Assembly: GCA_963832165.1 (NCBI GenBank)
Contig: CAWHTE010000010.1
Coordinates: forward strand, 1-15,082
Reading direction: 5' to 3'
DNA: 15,082 bases
Origin: an uncultured delta proteobacterium
GTDB lineage: Bacteria; Myxococcota_A; UBA9160; SMWR01
Below are positions 9,401-14,615 of the stretch, piece after piece (position 1 is the first letter of the stretch; each line of letters starts with the position of its first letter). Position numbers and translations under genes: made by a program. The notes beneath the pieces were generated by a model. The model searched no databases, was not told the DNA's origin, and saw only the letters and a list, made by a program, of their open reading frames with translations.

Positions 9401-12307
9401 TTCGCGGAGGCGGAGCAGCGCTTCCTGGCCGGCGAGGCGGCCGGGACCGGCGGGCAGTTCTTCATCGCGTTGCTCGAGGCCGGGCGCGGCTGGGCCGACT
9501 GGGCAGCACTGCGCCGTTGCTTCGCGGACGACGCGGTGGTTCTCGATCACCGCACGCTCGGTGTCGGGCCGGAAAGCCCCGACGAGTTCATTGCGTCCGT
9601 GCGCGTTCAGGTCGAGCTCTCGCCGGACGTGCAGGTGGAGACCTTCCGGGTTCTCGCCTGGAACCGCCACGGGCGCGTCGTGATGACGCACCGATTCGGC
9701 AGCGCGTTGCACGGAGGTGGACCCTTCGGAGTGGTCGAGAGCGCCATCTGGCTCACCAACGGAGATCGCGCAACGCGACTGGAGCTGTTCGACAGCAACG
9801 CCACCGACACGGCGCTCGCGCGCTTCGCGGAGCTGTGCGCGGAGCGGGATCCACTGCGCATCCCGCCCAACGCCGCGTCGCGCACGCGCGATCGCCTCTA
9901 CGCCGCGCTCGCCGATAATGACGAGGCCGCGATGCGGGCGCTGATGACGGACGACTACGTTTTCGATGATCGCGGCCGGCGGGTGCTCGTCACGGGCGGC
10001 GCTAGTGAGCTCATCGAGACCCTCCGGTTCTTCCAGTCGCAAGGTGGGCAACCCGCGCGCGAGCTGATCGGCACGGCCGGCGATCGGATCGCGATTGAAC
10101 GGATCACGTGGATCGGCGACTTCGAGCTCGATCAGATCATCGTCGTCGAGGTCGCCGCCGACGGACGGATGCGGATGTCGATCCGCTTCGACGGCGACGA
10201 TCGCCCCGCGGCGTTCCGCGCGGCACTCGAGCGCTGGTGTGCGATCGATCCGTTCGCGGCCACGGTCGTCCGGCCGGGTCTGGAGCTCGCCGACGCGTTC
10301 AACACGCGCGACCGCGCTCGCCTGCGCGCGGTGCTCGCGGACGACCTCGTCGTCGATGATCATCGGCCGACGCGGCTCGGCGTCTTGGAGGGCGCCGACG
10401 CCTACCTCGCGAGCGTCGAGGCGTGGTGGGAGCTCACACCCGAGGTCCAGATCGAGGCGCCGGTGTTCCTCGGTCACGATCGGCACGGCTCCATTTCCAG
10501 GACGCGCGTCTTCGGCACGCTCGCCGAAGGCGGTGACTTCGAGAACCTGATGGTCGGCCTCACGCTCGTCGCCGACGGCCGCGTGACGCGGCTCGAGATG
10601 TGGGAGATCGAAGACTCCGACGCCGCGCTCGCGCGCTTCGCGGTGCTGTGCGCGGAGCGGGATCCACTGCGCATCCCGCCCAACACGTCGTCGCGCGCGC
10701 TCGAGCACGTCGTGCAGCTTCGCGACCAACCCGCGGGCCGCGGACTCATGAGCGACGAGCTCTCGTTCGAGGACCGCGGCAAGCGCGCGCTGATGAGTGG
10801 TGGCGCCCAGGAGTGGATCCAGACGATGGTCTTCTTCACGTCGCAGGGAGGGCTCCCTGATCTCGAGCTGATCGGCACTCGCGGCGATCGGATCTCGATC
10901 TGGCATGTCACATGGGCCGGGCAGCCGGGCGAGAGCGAGTTCGAGATCGAGGTCTACGGTGTCGCCGAGGTCGATGCGGAGGGCAAGCTCTGCGCGGTGG
11001 TCCGCTTCGACGCAGACGACCGCAGTGCGGCGTTCGAGGAGGCGGAGGTCCGCTTCGTCGCGGGCGAGGCGGCCGCGGTCGGAGGGCAGGCGCCAGTCGC
11101 CGCGCTGCGGCTCGCGATCGATCGACGCGACTGGGAGGCGCTGCGCGGCTGCCTGGCCGACGACTTCGTGAACTGCGACTACCGCACGCTCGGCGTCGGC
11201 GCGGAGACCGGCGAGGAGCTGGTCGCCTCGCTGCGCGCGCTCGCCGACCTGTCGCCCGATTTCGAGACCCACGTGGTCCGGCTGCTCGAGTGGAACCGCT
11301 TCGGCCGCGTCGCGATCATCCGGCAGGTCGGAAGCGCGCTGCAGGGCGGCGGTCTGTTCGAGAACTGGTTCATCGCCGAAATGCTCACGCGCGGCGACCG
11401 GGTCTGCCGGCAGGAGGTCTTCGACATCGGCGCGGCCGACGCCGCGCTCGCGCGCTTCGCGGAGCTGTGCGCGGAGCGGGATCCGCTGCGGATTCCGCCC
11501 AACGCCGCGTCGCGCGCGACCGAGCGCGCCATTTCGGCTGGATATGCGGGCGGCACCGCGGCGGTGCGCGCGCTCACGAGCGACGACTTCGTCTACGATG
11601 ACCGCGGAAAGCGAGCGCTCACGGGCGGCGACGCGGAGACGCTTCGTGCAAGCGGCGACTTCTACCGATCGCAAGGCGGCCGATTCACGACCGATCTGAT
11701 CGCAACGCGCGGAGATCGCGTCGCGATCCATCGGATGACCGTGACCGGAAGATCCGATGAGTTCGTGATCGAGTTCCTGGGGCTCGCCGAGGTCGATGCG
11801 GAGGGCAAGCTGCGCGCGATCATCCGCTTCGACGCGGACGACCGCGGTGCGGCGTTCCAGGAGGCGGAGCGGCGCTTCATGGCCGGCGAGGCCGCGCCGA
11901 TCGGAGGGCAGGCTCCTGTCGCCGCGTTCAGCGCGGCGATCCGGCAGCGCGATTGGGAGGCGATGCGCCAGTGCTTTGCAGACGACAGCGTCGTCCGCGA
12001 TCACCGCACGCTCAGCATCGGTTCATCGACCGTCGACGAGCTGATCGCATCGCTGCGCGCGAGGACGGAGCTATCGCCCGACGTGCGAGGCGAGACTTTC
12101 CGGCTTCTCGCCTGGAACCAGTATGGCCGCGTCGGCGCCAACCGCGCGGTCGGAAGCGCGCTGCAAGGGGGAGGCCCGTTCGAATCCGTCGACATCGCCA
12201 TATGGCTCACCCGCGGCGACCGCCTGCAGCACCTCGAGCTCTTCGACATCGACGCCGCCGACGCCGCGCTCGCCCGCTTCGCAGAGCTGTGCGCGGAGCG
12301 GGAATAG
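2..12307 (+). CDS. Giant multidomain signalling protein (5'-truncated): class III adenylate/guanylate cyclase + STAND AAA ATPase + TPR-like region + 11 tandem NTF2/SnoaL-like di-domain units
   Basis: Uninterrupted 4101-codon ORF with G/C-ending codon bias, ending in TAG at 12305-12307. Motifs: GDG, LRVAVNTGEV, GDPVNVAARL and LKGR (cyclase); GSPGLGKS, LLIDDLQWA, GNPLF and FHHVLIRDAAY (STAND). Recurrent N-x-(A/S)-(T/S) unit starts and ALARF unit ends. It begins mid-cyclase domain (first metal-binding Asp strand absent), so the true start is upstream of the window. Confidence 0.95.
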   Translation: MDAYYAAMRGAVEAHGGTVTQLLGDGVKAVFGAPRVTEDDAIRAVRAAVAMQQAFAELAAAQAGAVGRVGLRVAVNTGEVIASSDTEIIGDPVNVAARLQEQARDGDVVIGEETRRIVSELVTLAPLGVFALKGRAESVAAYRVVSLDRPAGASTTPFVGREAELRRLFAVYESALSDHRARLAVVLGSPGLGKSRVIGEVVRRLGDSATVLSAYCDRSGGATFAPIARALQALLHIEDGADADKLQAALDAVLASEESDQGRIASGIAALLAGTPAAPEETFFVVRRFLGAIAAAGPVVLLIDDLQWAEPLLLDLAEHLVQWTTDAPLLVLVAARPELREARSSLATPGGLVADVVTLSGLDARAAMELAANAIGAEELPAAVAGRVLATSEGNPLFVGELVRMLVQDGTLVREGEEWKVGVELASLEMPPTIQALLAARIERLRPEERTVLERAAVIGRQFSRAAVKELLPRELADFDRLLESLRRSELVEPDTGWFLGEPALRFHHVLIRDAAYRRLLKNTRAELHERFANWVEARVGEAAAHDETLGWHLEQAHRHLRELGPLDAHGKALGERAARVLAEAGRRALARDDVPVAASLLGRALSAIDETDPTRAELALDWCEALLAAGEVGAAGAAIDELGKHIDESPRLRAWHTCFAGERAALVDPQSLRATVDSVAAAAEVLAGAGDAAGEAKAHFVHAIALSRLGRIGACEAALDRALAAARRGPGRDRRRANAVLSGAPQAALWGPSPVTRASGRCLDVVRVLRITQGAPAVEAIALRCQGVLESLRGRSDAARRMIATSRRMVEELGITQRLLEAEMFAGQIELIEGNPAAAEERLRPAYQGLREHGLGIDAAQAAAALGRALLAQDRAAEAETLSHESESLAGDDLRAAVAWRGVRAEALARRGEHAQAIEFARAAVEIAAATDALLVHADARVALATALRAAGRSAEAAAEDKRAVELWQAKGATLLVERARREGARAIEPVAPAPVEPIAVRPASGRVLENAATANVARAEAAIARRDLDAFAAQFSDDFEATNNPNHLPHDRAAMVTTMRIFLKADAPSNRHESLATIGDSLALCRFRLAAEGSGDSLDAGAYEVEFLSVIEVDAHGIRTRSETFTNDQLSNAIARLYERYAELLPEGLERERAAATARSVAVVLAPLDADRWASVISPSISWAAQGPTAPPAGRGADTLIPAIRRYLEIGAIAADRTDEILALRPNGLLRLLKNFGTDRAGGGTWEQHHLSLGVFGADGLLTHTEMWEPDHAADALARFDALTAEPTRPVRRVRPNAATANVARVVAAIAAQDEAALLDSFRDVFGEGFEAIDHTTGVTYDQSGQIATLRSLLHAREPRFHAEPLATLGDSLALIRVSTSAKGFAGSSFDIADFERAEISLAETDSDGRGKRHELFAPDHLGDAIARLYERYAERLPAGPERELAASTARSVAASLQAGSNPDGWAPVLSPALEWIDHRSAAYPSGRGAERYMQGVRVWRDTAEALTHRIDDVLAAQPDAILFRTTVGGIDRRTQGAFEREQLNLCTFGPDGLVTRQETFEPDRAADALERFDALTAEHPRPARRHVLENAATASLARVDAAITRGNREELETLLADTFESVDHVNHLALDRAAMLRTWRVVGTSDSGSYRSEQLAALGDSLALCRMQVSARGSDRSIDAGAYDLERLVLLEADSRGRRTRSEVFATDHLGDAVVRLYERHAELLPAGPERDRAAATARSAATLREYPDRWLFSADVEVVDHRTVGIEPVRGREAVMRTIRAMIDLIESTSMASWDDIVALRPDGLVALRTHSGTDRTSGGKFERPICSLILFGEDGLITRWERFEPDRAAHALARFDALTAEPARPTRRRVLENAATANHDQAESALASRDINAFAALHADAYAAVDRVNRLTHDRAAMIDSFRMLFTAIAPSYRHETFATLGDSLALSLLRVAAQGSGDALDAGAYEYERLFLFEVDAQGRRTRSEGFATDQLGDAVVRLYERYAELLPAGPEREGAAATARAVATVLAPLDPDRWTAVLSPDIRFRDHRSGAFPSGRGEDFVQALGTYVATGTVSTSRTDDVLALEPHALLAQTTAGGTNAEGGDWERVQLCLAVFETDGRLIRFECFEPDRVADALARFDELTAQRARPTRRVRRNAATAWHDRSSAATNARDTDAFPDFYADDYEMIEHTTGATYDRTAQLTMYPLLFQARDLTYRQEPLAALGDSLALSRGSFSASGSSGRRFDVGAYSADPLIVTEVDANGRARRNELFASDRLGNAIIRLYERYADLLPAGPERERAALIARAVAAGMSVPDVDRWGPLISPEVSYIDHRSAGFPSGHGVEGFRRALRVWVETAENFTPRVDDLLDVRADAILFRSTNSGTDRTSGGVFERTQATIWIFGADGLLAHVEVFEPEREAEALARFDELTSAPPRPARRVRPNAATASQSRITAAISSRDIDALLALYDEAYEAIEHTTGAVYGYQENAAGLRLLFQARDLEYHSETLATLGDAHSLARVSMSASGSGGRRFDVGAYETDHLTLNEVAADGRTRHVELFAGDRLGDAIAHLYERYAELLPAGAERTRAAAIARWIPLTLSPVPEHQGEQWGSGYGFADHRALIQLPAGRGAKELRKRVEQWFAGIDDYSQFPIDVLDVRPEGLLARSVERGLDRTTGGAFEGEFLALNLFGDDGRLIRTEMFDADAAAAALARFAELTRAPALAPLLANLATRSLDRMSTAWQARDWKLASAHFAPGYQLFDRRSVVRGDEGRGDHLDTLRAMFEMSGSRLTMDVLATRGERLALARVLFEGAAPDAGTSEFEWLMVTEVDAAGDRLANVMFDPDALDAAHAELDARFAAGEAVQHPLIGRALGRLQRALYRRDWEQLADAFPADFVLEDHRRLGWATLRGDEYVAYARSLAELRPDSAPRVHHIELAGRAALCIGGWFGSEAEGAFEIPMVSVLVAGPDERIQRWHIWGPERLDAARARFAEVCAERDPLLIPPNAASRAGNGILAALAAHDTAAVRAYASNDFVYDDRGKRALTSGGIEQWIQSIEFYQSQGVRTGRELIGTRGDRIEIVRVTWTGMPGGSEFEIEFVSLFEVDAEGKLCAVIRFDADDRRSAFAEAEQRFLAGEAAGTGGQFFIALLEAGRGWADWAALRRCFADDAVVLDHRTLGVGPESPDEFIASVRVQVELSPDVQVETFRVLAWNRHGRVVMTHRFGSALHGGGPFGVVESAIWLTNGDRATRLELFDSNATDTALARFAELCAERDPLRIPPNAASRTRDRLYAALADNDEAAMRALMTDDYVFDDRGRRVLVTGGASELIETLRFFQSQGGQPARELIGTAGDRIAIERITWIGDFELDQIIVVEVAADGRMRMSIRFDGDDRPAAFRAALERWCAIDPFAATVVRPGLELADAFNTRDRARLRAVLADDLVVDDHRPTRLGVLEGADAYLASVEAWWELTPEVQIEAPVFLGHDRHGSISRTRVFGTLAEGGDFENLMVGLTLVADGRVTRLEMWEIEDSDAALARFAVLCAERDPLRIPPNTSSRALEHVVQLRDQPAGRGLMSDELSFEDRGKRALMSGGAQEWIQTMVFFTSQGGLPDLELIGTRGDRISIWHVTWAGQPGESEFEIEVYGVAEVDAEGKLCAVVRFDADDRSAAFEEAEVRFVAGEAAAVGGQAPVAALRLAIDRRDWEALRGCLADDFVNCDYRTLGVGAETGEELVASLRALADLSPDFETHVVRLLEWNRFGRVAIIRQVGSALQGGGLFENWFIAEMLTRGDRVCRQEVFDIGAADAALARFAELCAERDPLRIPPNAASRATERAISAGYAGGTAAVRALTSDDFVYDDRGKRALTGGDAETLRASGDFYRSQGGRFTTDLIATRGDRVAIHRMTVTGRSDEFVIEFLGLAEVDAEGKLRAIIRFDADDRGAAFQEAERRFMAGEAAPIGGQAPVAAFSAAIRQRDWEAMRQCFADDSVVRDHRTLSIGSSTVDELIASLRARTELSPDVRGETFRLLAWNQYGRVGANRAVGSALQGGGPFESVDIAIWLTRGDRLQHLELFDIDAADAALARFAELCAERE
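470..1690 (+). other. STAND-class P-loop NTPase module (AAA_16-like ATPase plus helical and winged-helix subdomains)
   Basis: PFVGREAEL N-terminal motif (470); Walker A GSPGLGKS (563-586); Walker B VVLLIDDLQWA (D at 911); ARPE sensor; GxP motif GNPLF (1181); AAVIGRQF and FHHVLIRDAAY typical of cyclase-associated STANDs. Boundaries approximate. Confidence 0.92.
1700..2950 (+). other. TPR-like all-alpha superhelical region
   Basis: Ala/Leu/Arg-rich helical hairpin pattern (e.g. ALARRGEHAQAIEFARAAVEIA), ending in AVELWQAKGA, as usual after cyclase-STAND modules. Boundaries approximate. Confidence 0.8.
3026..8200 (+). repeat. Repeat family A: six tandem ~285-295 aa NTF2/SnoaL-like di-domain units
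   Basis: Conserved Asn of NAATA at nt 3035, 3896, 4778, 5633, 6488 and 7352 (spacing 855-882 nt). Each unit has a LA(T/A)LGDSLAL-like motif, a mid-unit linker like DxLGDAxxRLYERYAELLPAGPER, a DHR...GR-like motif in the second half, and ends with an ALARFDxLT-like motif. The helix + DH + beta-meander pattern resembles the SnoaL/NTF2 fold (fold is inferred). Confidence 0.88.
8201..12304 (+). repeat. Repeat family B: one transitional unit plus four ~270-277 aa NTF2/SnoaL-like di-domain units
   Basis: Conserved Asn at nt 8210, 9041, 9869, 10682 and 11501 (spacing 813-831 nt). Motifs DDRGKRAL, (A/G)TRGDR, EVDAEGKL, RFxAGEA, DHRTLG, LAWNxxG, and junction ALARFAELCAERDPLRIPPN. Confidence 0.88.
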
Positions 12308-12320
12308 AGCGTCACCCAAT

Positions 12321-12390
12321 GGCGGGATCGCTTCGCTCTCCCGCCCTACGACATTTCGTAGGGCGGGAGGAACCGAAGGCGGATCCCGCC
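12321..12390. repeat. Inverted pair of GTAG-type REP-like elements (REPIN/BIME-like) between convergent genes; possible bidirectional terminator or mRNA stabiliser
   Basis: REP1 (- strand, 12321-12349): GTAGGGCGGGAGAGCGAAGCGATCCCGCC. REP2 (+ strand, 12358-12390): GTAGGGCGGGAGGAACCGAAGGCGGATCCCGCC. Each has a GGCGGGA/TCCCGCC stem. Together they form a perfect 14-bp stem (12338-12351 / 12356-12369) with a CATT loop. No U-tract. Confidence 0.82.
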
Positions 12391-12393
12391 GCG

Positions 12394-12798
12394 TCAGCCC
12401 GTCGCGCGCTCGAGCGTCTTCTTCATCGCCTCGAGCCCCTGCGCGATCATGCTGCCGATGATCGGGCCGAGCTCGTGCGGTAGCAGGTCCGCGATCCACA
12501 CCGCGCGGCTGCCCTCGCCCTCGGCGAAGATCTGCAGCGAAGCGTTGTGGTGCGTCATGCGCCCGCCGACGACCGACCACGCGAGGCGGCGCGCGGCGTC
12601 GTCGAGATCGACGATCAGCTCGCGCGCGACCATGCCGTTCGCGAACGTCACCACGCGCGCGGCGCCGCCGTCCTCGAGCACCGTATCCGTGACGAAGCCG
12701 GGTGCGAGCCGCTCGTGGATCGCGCCCACGTCGCGCACCGCGTCCCACACGCGCTCGGGGCGCACCTCGATCACGATCTCGTGATGAATCGACGCCAT
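12394..12798 (-). CDS. SRPBCC (START/polyketide cyclase-dehydrase-like) family protein, 134 aa
   Basis: MASIHHEIVIEVRPERVWDAVRDVGAIHERLAPGFV...RVVTFANG...ARRLAWS...VWIADLLP. Start placed at ATG 12798 because GGAGGA (12805-12810) lies 6 nt upstream. ATG 12804, overlapping the VOC stop (ATGA), is an alternative. Confidence 0.9.
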   Translation of the reverse strand: MASIHHEIVIEVRPERVWDAVRDVGAIHERLAPGFVTDTVLEDGGAARVVTFANGMVARELIVDLDDAARRLAWSVVGGRMTHHNASLQIFAEGEGSRAVWIADLLPHELGPIIGSMIAQGLEAMKKTLERATG

Positions 12799-12800
12799 GT

Positions 12801-13172
12801 TCATTCCTCCTGCGCGAGGCACACGGCCTCGACGTTATTGCCGTCGGGATCGACCAGGAACGCCGCGAAGTAGTTCGCGCTGTAGTCGACGCGCACGCCG
12901 GGCGCGCCGTTGTCGTGCCCGCCCGCGGCGATCCCTTCCTTGTAGAAGCGCTCCACCGACGCGCGATCGGCGGCGCGGAACGCGAGGTGCGCACCGCGCT
13001 CGCCCGCGCCCTGGGTCTGCACGAGCCAGAGCCCCGTGCTGCCGTCCGAGCCGAAGCCCGCGCTCGCCTCGTCCTGCGCGGTCTGCTCGTGGCCGAGCGC
13101 CGCGAGCGCCGCGCGGTAGAACCGCGCGCTCGCCGCGATATCCCTCACCCGAAGACCGATGTGATCGAACAT
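12801..13172 (-). CDS. VOC / glyoxalase-bleomycin resistance family protein, 123 aa
   Basis: MFDHIGLRVRD...FY...HLAFRA...DNGAPGVR..Y..NYFAAFLVDPDGNNVEAVC; strong RBS AAGGAGG (13179-13185). Confidence 0.93.
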   Translation of the reverse strand: MFDHIGLRVRDIAASARFYRAALAALGHEQTAQDEASAGFGSDGSTGLWLVQTQGAGERGAHLAFRAADRASVERFYKEGIAAGGHDNGAPGVRVDYSANYFAAFLVDPDGNNVEAVCLAQEE

Positions 13173-13195
13173 GCCAGACCTCCTTTGTGGAGGTG

Positions 13196-13236
13196 AGGCT
13201 AGAGACGGGCTGCGATTCGATCTTGGAGAATCTTGC
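13196..13236 (-). promoter_or_regulatory. Putative AraC operator/promoter for the VOC-SRPBCC genes, embedded in the araC 3' end
   Basis: GCAAGATTCTCCAAG (13222-13236), a 20-nt spacer, then TAGCCT (13196-13201, overlapping the araC stop), then CCACAAAGGAGG before the VOC ATG. The same layout occurs upstream of the GFA gene. Confidence 0.65.
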
Positions 13237-14050
13237 GCTGGCCCTTCGCGGCGGTCCGGAAGCGGCGCGGCGAGACGCCGGCCGCGCGGTGGAACGTGCG
13301 CACGAAGTTCGAGAGGTCGGCGAAGCCGACGTCGAGCGCCACATCGGTGATCTTGCGCTCGCCCTCGCTGAGCAGGCGCGCAGCGCGGCGCAGTCGCGCG
13401 CGCAGGAGGTACTGGTGCGGCGTCACGCGCATCACACGCGAGAACACGCGCAGGAAGTGAAACGGCGAGAGCTCGACCGCGCGCGCGGCGGTCTCGAGAT
13501 CGACGTTCTCGTGCGAATGCTCGTCGAGCCAGAGCGCGGCTTCGACAGCGCGGCGGCGGTCGGCAGTGCGCAGTGAGGCCGCCGCGCGCTTCACGCCCGA
13601 GACGATCTTCACGAAGCGCAACGTGAGCCAGAGCCCGACTTCGTCGAGCCCGAGATCGGTGCGCTCTTCCGCGGTGGCCTGGGCGAGCTCGCCGAGCACG
13701 ACGAGCTCGGGCAGCGGCGGCAGGGAGCCCGCGCGCCAGACATCACTGCGCGCGCCGAGTGTCTCCACGAGCTCGGGCTCGAGCGCGAACGCGAGGCACT
13801 CGTCGCCGCCCGCGGCGTGGTCGTGCGTGCACATGTACTCGTCGCCGGGGTGGCCCACGAGCACCGACCCCGCCACCAGGTCGTAGGACTTGCCGCGCGT
13901 CTCGACGCCGAAGCTGCCCCTGCGCACGTAGGAGATCGTGAAGGCCGCATGCCGCTCGACGTAGGGCGTATCGCCGGGCCCCGCCGTGCAGCGGTAGTCG
14001 GTGGCGGAGAGCGGTCCGCGCCGCAGCGCGGTGGTGTCGGGCATCCCCAA
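13199..14050 (-). CDS. AraC/XylS-family transcriptional regulator (cupin-like sensor + double HTH)
   Basis: C-terminal [10 protein letters not shown]...TPHQYL...RLRRAARLL...[32 protein letters not shown]. Start is either TTG 14050 or ATG 14044. Confidence 0.95.
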   Translation of the reverse strand: MGMPDTTALRRGPLSATDYRCTAGPGDTPYVERHAAFTISYVRRGSFGVETRGKSYDLVAGSVLVGHPGDEYMCTHDHAAGGDECLAFALEPELVETLGARSDVWRAGSLPPLPELVVLGELAQATAEERTDLGLDEVGLWLTLRFVKIVSGVKRAAASLRTADRRRAVEAALWLDEHSHENVDLETAARAVELSPFHFLRVFSRVMRVTPHQYLLRARLRRAARLLSEGERKITDVALDVGFADLSNFVRTFHRAAGVSPRRFRTAAKGQRKILQDRIAARL

Positions 14051-14054
14051 TAGT

Positions 14055-14540
14055 CTAGCCGTTCGCGGCTTTGTGCTCCGCCGTGTGGGCGCGGAAGCGC
14101 GCGAGCTTGTCTGCGGGCCAGACGGCGGCGAAGTCGGCGTACATCGCGGGGAACGCGCGCGCGCCCTCGGGCAGCGCGACCCAGGGCAGCTTGGTGCGCG
14201 TGAAGATGTGGGCGTCGGGAGTGACAGACGCGGGGTCGTCGAGCGTGCCGCCGCGCACGAACAGCGTGTCGCCGGGCGGCGCGTGGTAGCGGCTCCAGAG
14301 CGTCGTGCTGCAGGCGTCGCAGAAGTACACGTCGTGGGGCGTTCCGGTGCCCGCGGCCAGCCGGACGAAGCGCGGTTCGGCGCCCGAGGCGAGGACTTTG
14401 TGGCGCTCGATCCAGAGGTTGATCACGAATGCGCTGCCGGTGAGGTACTGGCAGTCGCGGCAGTGGCACGCGTGGACGATCAGCGGCTCGTCCGTGAGCT
14501 GGTAGCGCACGGCTTTGCATGCGCAGCCACCTTCGCGCAT
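14055..14540 (-). CDS. GFA family (glutathione-dependent formaldehyde-activating / CENP-V-like) zinc protein, 161 aa
   Basis: EGGCAC...[11 protein letters not shown]...[37 protein letters not shown] (14548-14553). Confidence 0.93.
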   Translation of the reverse strand: MREGGCACKAVRYQLTDEPLIVHACHCRDCQYLTGSAFVINLWIERHKVLASGAEPRFVRLAAGTGTPHDVYFCDACSTTLWSRYHAPPGDTLFVRGGTLDDPASVTPDAHIFTRTKLPWVALPEGARAFPAMYADFAAVWPADKLARFRAHTAEHKAANG

Positions 14541-14561
14541 TCGAGTTCTCCTTGTGGCGAC

Positions 14562-14601
14562 ACGCTACCGCGGGGCGCGCCGAAAACTTGGAGAATCTTG
14601 C
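14562..14601 (-). promoter_or_regulatory. Putative AraC operator/promoter for GFA-araC
   Basis: GCAAGATTCTCCAAG (14587-14601, exact copy of 13222-13236), a 19-nt spacer, TAGCGT (14562-14567), then CCACAAGGAG before the ATG at 14540. Confidence 0.65.
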
Positions 14602-14615
14602 TGTGAAGCCGCGGA

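Noticed and set aside
11471..11486. Resemblance of junction GCGGAGCGGGATCCGC to REP-flank GCGGAGGCGGGATCCGC (14611-14627)
   Set aside because: Short, gapped, very GC-rich match constrained by the AERDP codons. It lacks the GTAG and the hairpin, so it is probably coincidental.
9209..12004. 931-aa antisense ORF
   Set aside because: It is the codon-aligned antisense shadow of the giant gene. Stops are scarce because of GC-rich codon bias, it mirrors the repeats, and it has no recognisable motifs.
8984..12304. Regularly spaced DNA repeats as a CRISPR array, integron attC array or DGR template/variable repeats
   Set aside because: The repeats are in-frame coding linkers spaced by >800 nt and are not palindromic. 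No cas, integrase or reverse transcriptase is present, and there are too few differences to show an adenine-specific pattern.
3026..12304. Polyketide/NRPS biosynthetic cluster suggested by SnoaL- and SRPBCC-type cyclase folds
   Set aside because: No KS, AT, ACP, A or C domains in the window; the fusion to cyclase-STAND points to signalling.
12321..12390. Canonical Rho-independent terminator
   Set aside because: Strong stems but no U-tract on either strand; recorded as a REP pair instead.
12799..12822. Longer SRPBCC start given by the ORF track (12822)
   Set aside because: It overlaps the VOC gene; RBS spacing and the family-like N-terminus (MASI...) favour 12798.
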